Assembly: GCA_965221425.1 (NCBI GenBank)
Contig: OZ244889.1
Location: 2,624,675-2,688,674, forward strand
Reading direction: 5' to 3'
Length of the DNA: 64,000 bases
Source: Candidatus Poribacteria bacterium
Lineage (GTDB): Bacteria; Poribacteria; WGA-4E; WGA-3G
Within the stretch, counting starts at the first letter, position 1, and each line of letters begins with the position of its first letter. Shown piece after piece: positions 59,315-64,000 of this stretch. The position numbers and the translations under genes are program-made. The notes beneath the pieces are model-generated. The model was not told the origin of the DNA. It did not search any database and saw only the letters and a list, made by a program, of their open reading frames with translations.

Positions 59315-60643
59315 TTACTTTTGCAAATGAACTGTTAACTTTTCTGTGCCGTGGCTGCTTTTAATATCAAAAATTAGTTCCAATGCATCCTGCTCAGCCT
59401 GAAGCAACGCCTCAAGCGTTTGAACGTCAGCAATTTCTTTCCCATTAATCGCGAGAATAAGCGCACCACGCGGAATTTTTGCATTAGATCCAGGTGCGTC
59501 TTTCTTTACCCTTTCAACAATTACACCACGATCTATATCTGTTAGGTAGGCGTATCTCTCGGCATCCCCCTTCTCCAACTTTCGAACTGCTAACCCGAGC
59601 ATTTTCCACGAAGCAGATTCACTTTCAAAGGGTATGCCTGCCATTTCCGGTGGCATTTCATCAATAGTTACACTGAACGTCCTTTCCTGCCCGCGCCGTA
59701 ACACCTTGATAACAGATTTTTTGCCAACCTGTGATTCTGCGATAAGCATCTGGAGTTCAATACTTTTTTGTACCTTTTTCCCATTATATCCAACAATAAT
59801 ATCATGTCGCTCTAAACCGCCACGGTACGCTGGTGTATCCAGATAAACGTTTCTCACTTGAATACCTTGCGGTACTTCTCGCATCCGAATACCGAGGTAG
59901 CCACGGATAATTTTACCGTTGGCAATCAGTTGAGTGCCAATTGTGTTAACGAGATTACTGGGAATCGCAAACCCTGCCCCCGCTCTCGCCGGAGCAGGTG
60001 TGTTTTCAACTTTTCGGATTAGCGCATTAATGCCGATGACTTCGCCATGGATATTGAGCAGCGGCCCACCACTACTGCCGGTATTGATCCACGCATCTGT
60101 CTGAATGAAGTTTTCGTATCTAATAAAACGCAAGCCGCCAAGAATGGAACGCCCTTTACCACTCACAACACCAGTCGTAACGGAGTAATCAAGTTGGAAA
60201 GGATTACCGATAGCAATGGCAAATTGTCCAACCCGAACCTTTTCCGAATCCGCTAACGACAGAATTGGGAATTCCTGATCTCTGTCAACCTTTAGAACAG
60301 CAATATCTGTGTTAATATCTGTTCCAACTAATTTAGCATCAAGTGTGCTACCTTCTAATAACCTTACTTTGTAATATTCCGCACCGTGAACAATATGGTC
60401 ATTTGTTAAAATATAACCGTCTTGCCGAAAGAAAAATCCAGAACCGGATCGATTTAAATCCCTATTTGAATGTCCTGCAAAAATACCGACAATAGCGGGC
60501 TTGCTTGTAGCAGCAATATCAACAAATGCGTTTTCAATCGCACTTAGCAGTTCCAAATTACTCGGTTGTTCAGTTCGGTAGGCACACGAAGAGATAATAA
60601 CAACAAAAAGGAGTAGAACACAATTATAAATCTTTTTTCTCAT
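59315..60643 (-). CDS. htrA: HtrA/DegP-family periplasmic serine endoprotease with two PDZ domains
   Basis: His/Asp/Ser triad context: TNDHIV, DIAVLKV, GNSGGPLLN. The listed ORF extends to 60676; the internal ATG at 60643 is the preferred start. Confidence 0.9.
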   Translation of the reverse strand: MRKKIYNCVLLLFVVIISSCAYRTEQPSNLELLSAIENAFVDIAATSKPAIVGIFAGHSNRDLNRSGSGFFFRQDGYILTNDHIVHGAEYYKVRLLEGSTLDAKLVGTDINTDIAVLKVDRDQEFPILSLADSEKVRVGQFAIAIGNPFQLDYSVTTGVVSGKGRSILGGLRFIRYENFIQTDAWINTGSSGGPLLNIHGEVIGINALIRKVENTPAPARAGAGFAIPSNLVNTIGTQLIANGKIIRGYLGIRMREVPQGIQVRNVYLDTPAYRGGLERHDIIVGYNGKKVQKSIELQMLIAESQVGKKSVIKVLRRGQERTFSVTIDEMPPEMAGIPFESESASWKMLGLAVRKLEKGDAERYAYLTDIDRGVIVERVKKDAPGSNAKIPRGALILAINGKEIADVQTLEALLQAEQDALELIFDIKSSHGTEKLTVHLQK

Positions 60644-60699
60644 CAAACAATTCCTTCTTTCAGAAAGTTTTATCAAGATTATACCAAATTCTAAGTCTC

Positions 60700-61118
60700 A
60701 TAGTGAAATCCAAAAATATGTTTACATTTCAATCAACAACAATCCCTACACACACTCTCGCTGGCGAGGCGGGGAATCAAGGCGTATACCTTATGCGTAT
60801 TCATACCGTTGATTTCTTCCCAACCTTGCCAACCTAAAGGTAATTATAATAAAACCTATAATTAATGGGACATTTCTGTATCGCAAACTGTCAGTTTGCG
60901 TCAAATATGCACAATCTAAATGAAGTTTAAGTTATTAATTCGGTAATTTTGCGAGGTTAGGAAACCTCGCCAGCAGAGATACACACCTGCTGATGGCAAG
61001 GCGGGGAATGCCTAAATGGCATTCATACCCGGGGAATGACTAAACGTCATTCATACCGTTGATTTTTTGATTTCTTCCTAACCTCGCTATATTACCCAAT
61101 TTATTTTTTAATCTTCAT
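60700..61118. mobile_element. nested repeat cluster (family E/A fragment, family D palindrome, complete family A element 60920..61118)
   Basis: tagtgaaatccaaaaatatgtttacatttcaatc…cgctggcgaggcggggaatcaagg; ctgtatcgcaaactgtcagtttgcg; then atgaagtttaagttattaattcggtaattttgcgaggttaggaaacc…ttcctaacctcgctatattacccaatttattttttaatcttcat. Confidence 0.75.
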
Positions 61119-61199
61119 ACAGATTGATGCTCAAGTACTGTTGTCCATTATGTTTCCAAAATAGATTTGTCAAAGTGTCCCAATAATTTCAAAGTTCAC

Positions 61200-61340
61200 T
61201 ATATTGTCCGTAGACTTCATAAGATGATGTGTTCTTTAGTCCCGACAAATGCCATAAGCGCATTTGGCGTTGATTTGGTAGGGACGATATGTTTATAGAA
61301 AAACGGCATACACACCCTCTTTAGTCACGTAGGGACGATA
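61200..61340. repeat. family B internal-module fragment
   Basis: ctttagtcccgacaaatgccataagcgcatttggcgttgatttggtagggacgatatgtttatag…tagggacgatatgtgtccaac. The gggacgatatgt half-sites and the agtccc…atttggcgttgatt hairpin are shared with 45760..45926 and 56400..56480. Confidence 0.55.
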
Positions 61341-61716
61341 TGTGTCCAACATAAAATTCAATATATGTGAAAATAACACAAACAATTTGTTAACTGGCAC
61401 AAGTCGTTATAAAGTAAAATCTAAGAATGACATCTACAAGGAACACACTTTGTAAGCGCTCAGCATAATATGTACGGGCACCAGGTATACAAGACTTTTT
61501 CTGACACCCGTTACAGACTAATTATTATTGAGGGTATGCATAAATAATTCTGATGTTAAATATGCGTTTAAAGGTAGTAGGCACACGCCGTGTGCCGTCC
61601 ACAAGTTCAAAGAGGCGCAATGAATTGCGCGACTACAAACAGCACTTTGTGAAATAAGGCCGCACCTAAAGTCCGTCCCTGTCTGTGCTGATGCGCCAAA
61701 TATTTATGCACACCTC

Positions 61717-63066
61717 TCAATTATTATTTAACTCTACCGTTACCTTTTCTATACCCTGGATACTTTTAATATCAAAAGTAACATTTGGTCCGTCTTGTTT
61801 ACCTTGAAGAAATGTTTCAAGAGTTTGAACGTCAACAATTTCTTGTCCATTAATAGCAGTGATGAGCGCGTTACGTGGAATATTCGCTTTGAATACGGGA
61901 GAATCTTTCTTAACTTTTTCAACGATTATGCCACGGTCTTCTTCACTTAGGTAGGTATATCTTTGAAAAATTCCATTCTCCAACTTTCGCACGACTAACC
62001 CAAGTGTTTTCCAAGAAACGGATTTAGTGTTAGCGGGGCGTCCTACTAATTCAAGTGGCATCTCATCAATAGTCACATTGAGTGTCATTTCCTGTTTTTG
62101 TCGTAGTACCTTAATAGGATATGGCTTGCCGATCTGACACTCCGCAACCATCAATCTGAATGCATAAAGCCCTGGCACCTTTTCCTCATCGAATTCAACG
62201 ATGATGTCATGCCGTTTTAAACCACACTGAAATGCGAATGTGTCAGGTGCTACTTTTGTAATTTTAATACCTTGTGAAACATTTTGCATATCCGCGTCAA
62301 TGTAGCCACGGATAATTCTTCCATGTGTAATCAGTTTATTCCCGATTGTTTTCGCGAGATCACTATTAATCGCTAAGCTTGATCCCTCTCCCGGGTTTAA
62401 GGTAGTAATACCAATTACCTCACCTTGAATATTCAGCAAGGGACCACCGCTACTCCCTTTGTTAATCCAAGCATCTGTTTGGATGTAATTATTATGATAC
62501 TGAAAGAGTTTTGTTTTTGGTGGATGAAAACAACGGTCTTTGCCGCCGACGATACCAGATGTCACAGTATATTTATATCCTATTGGGTGACCGATGGCGA
62601 TAGCAAATTGTCCGATTCGGACCTTCGTTGAATCCGCCAGGGAGAGAACCGGAAATCCTTCTTCTCGTTCAATTTTTATAACCGCTATATCAGTGTTCAG
62701 ATCGCTCCCAACTATTCTTGCATCAAATGTGCTGCCATCAAATAATCTCACCCTAACGCTTTTTGCGCCACGTATAACGTGTTCATTCGTCAAGATATAA
62801 CCATCTTTCCGAAATATAAAGCCGGAGCCTGAACCTGATGTATCAATAGTTTTATTATCTTTTTGTTCTTCTTTTCTAACGGTAAGGCTGACAACAGCAG
62901 GTTTACTCTGATCTACGATCTTAGAAATAGCGTTTTCAAAAGATCTTAATATTCCTAAATCGTCAGGTTGGGTGGCTGGTGATGCCTCTGCAGTAATAGT
63001 AACAGCGAACAAGATCAAAACAGCATAGGCGATTGTATCTCTTTTCAGGTTTGTTTTTCTTTTCAT
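61717..63066 (-). CDS. htrA: HtrA/DegP-family serine endoprotease with two PDZ domains (second paralog)
   Basis: TNEHVI, DIAVIKI, GSSGGPLLN. Co-linear with the 59315 gene (GSGF[IF]FR[KQ]DGYILTN[ED]H[VI]…). Confidence 0.9.
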   Translation of the reverse strand: MKRKTNLKRDTIAYAVLILFAVTITAEASPATQPDDLGILRSFENAISKIVDQSKPAVVSLTVRKEEQKDNKTIDTSGSGSGFIFRKDGYILTNEHVIRGAKSVRVRLFDGSTFDARIVGSDLNTDIAVIKIEREEGFPVLSLADSTKVRIGQFAIAIGHPIGYKYTVTSGIVGGKDRCFHPPKTKLFQYHNNYIQTDAWINKGSSGGPLLNIQGEVIGITTLNPGEGSSLAINSDLAKTIGNKLITHGRIIRGYIDADMQNVSQGIKITKVAPDTFAFQCGLKRHDIIVEFDEEKVPGLYAFRLMVAECQIGKPYPIKVLRQKQEMTLNVTIDEMPLELVGRPANTKSVSWKTLGLVVRKLENGIFQRYTYLSEEDRGIIVEKVKKDSPVFKANIPRNALITAINGQEIVDVQTLETFLQGKQDGPNVTFDIKSIQGIEKVTVELNNN

Positions 63067-63333
63067 TGGGATCCCTCTTTAATTTTTAAAATTATAGTAG
63101 AACTTAAAATTATTTATACACTTTTATGTATGGGGTTTCAACGTTCTACAAATTGGGACAGAGTTAATTATTTCAAATTTCGTATATCTATTTCTGTGTA
63201 GTCTATTTTAACAGATTCTTAAGGAAATGTCAATCTGTTTTTAGTGAAATCGCTTGTAATGTTTTGACGGATGAGATTGGATGTGTTATACTTTTCACAT
63301 TAAAACCACGACTATTCAAGGAATAATCAATCA

Positions 63334-64000
63334 ATGAAATTGCTACTTTACCCACTCATTTTTTTCCTCGTCATTACAACCGCTATTGCAGAAGAACCTA
63401 CCTCATTTGGCACACCCCCCTGGCAACCCACAGGCAAATATACACATCCCGATATTCGAGAGAGTTCTGGCATTGTCGCAAGCAGACAGTTTGAAGGAGT
63501 CTATTGGACATTGAACGACTCTGGAAACCCATCGGTAATTTACGCCACAAAACGGAATGGTGAACTAATTCAAGAAATTAAGATCCACGGGGCTCGAAAT
63601 TTTGACTGGGAAGCACTCGGCATTGATAACAACGGGCAACTCTGGATCGGCGACATCGGCAATAATAGCCGAATGCGGTTCGATTTAAATGTGGCTGTTG
63701 TGAAAGAACCGAACCCGTACAAGGAGACAGAAGCGGAAGTCATCGCGAAATATCCGTATCGTTATCCAGACGAAAATGTAGATGCAGAAGGCCTGTTTAT
63801 TGCTGATGGCGTCCCTTATATTGTCTCTAAAGAGCAGTCAGGAGCGATGCTTTACCGTTTTCCTACATTGAAAGCGGGGACAAAGCAGGTTTTGGAACGG
63901 GTCGGTGAATTCTCAGAAGCGAAGTTGGTTACAGGCGCAGGGACTTCAGCGGACGGAAAACGGCTTGCTGTTTGCACCTACAATTCTCTCTGGGTATACC
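63334..64000 (+). CDS. 3'-truncated secreted protein (SdiA-regulated/phytase-like beta-propeller fold possible)
   Basis: ATG at 63334 with a signal peptide. SGIVASRQFEGVYWTLNDSGN is a possible signature. The reading frame stays open to the window end. Confidence 0.4.
   Translation, partial: MKLLLYPLIFFLVITTAIAEEPTSFGTPPWQPTGKYTHPDIRESSGIVASRQFEGVYWTLNDSGNPSVIYATKRNGELIQEIKIHGARNFDWEALGIDNNGQLWIGDIGNNSRMRFDLNVAVVKEPNPYKETEAEVIAKYPYRYPDENVDAEGLFIADGVPYIVSKEQSGAMLYRFPTLKAGTKQVLERVGEFSEAKLVTGAGTSADGKRLAVCTYNSLWVY

Noticed and set aside
1-64000. Scan for tRNA/rRNA/tmRNA/RNase P/SRP signature motifs (GGTTCGAATCC-like T-loops, RNase P P4, SRP domain IV)
   Set aside because: None were found by eye in any spacer, so no RNA genes of these classes are called. 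A covariance-model scan would be needed to be certain.

Overview
This 64-kb window is a bacterial chromosomal segment, probably from an uncultivated lineage, with protein-dense coding blocks and AT-rich intergenic regions packed with nested MITE-like palindromic repeats. The DUF1549/DUF1553-type protein, FGE-sulfatase enzyme, PD40 propellers and many LamG domains hint at a PVC-like or marine candidate phylum, but taxonomy cannot be fixed from sequence alone. Confidently recognised genes are lon, uvrB, PBP1A (mrcA), trxA, waaA/kdtA, a GT9 heptosyltransferase, folB, a MoeB/ThiF-type E1, modA, modB and two htrA/degP paralogs. An FGE-sulfatase-modifying enzyme, PhyH-type dioxygenases, an adenosine deaminase with an MTAN/MqnB-like nucleosidase, HAD and amidohydrolase-2 hydrolases, two PD40 beta-propellers, CehA/PHP-type metallohydrolases and several LamG-domain proteins (one embedded in a 1086-aa TPR protein) are also present. 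No rRNA, tRNA, CRISPR array, transposase or integrase was found. The most unusual content is the non-coding repeatome. At least four interrelated palindromic repeat families are inserted into one another at 15 or more intergenic loci, including a 528-bp double-TIR element with an internal quartet of palindromic 21-mers. Other points worth follow-up are a metallohydrolase gene split into three ORFs by two frameshifts and a 192-aa protein ending in Gly-Gly fused to the E1 gene. A perfect-consensus promoter also drives about 300 nt of structured RNA ahead of a secreted-protein gene, and a GC-rich hairpin island sits in an otherwise AT-rich spacer. All functional calls rest on motif recognition by eye; no database search was run.
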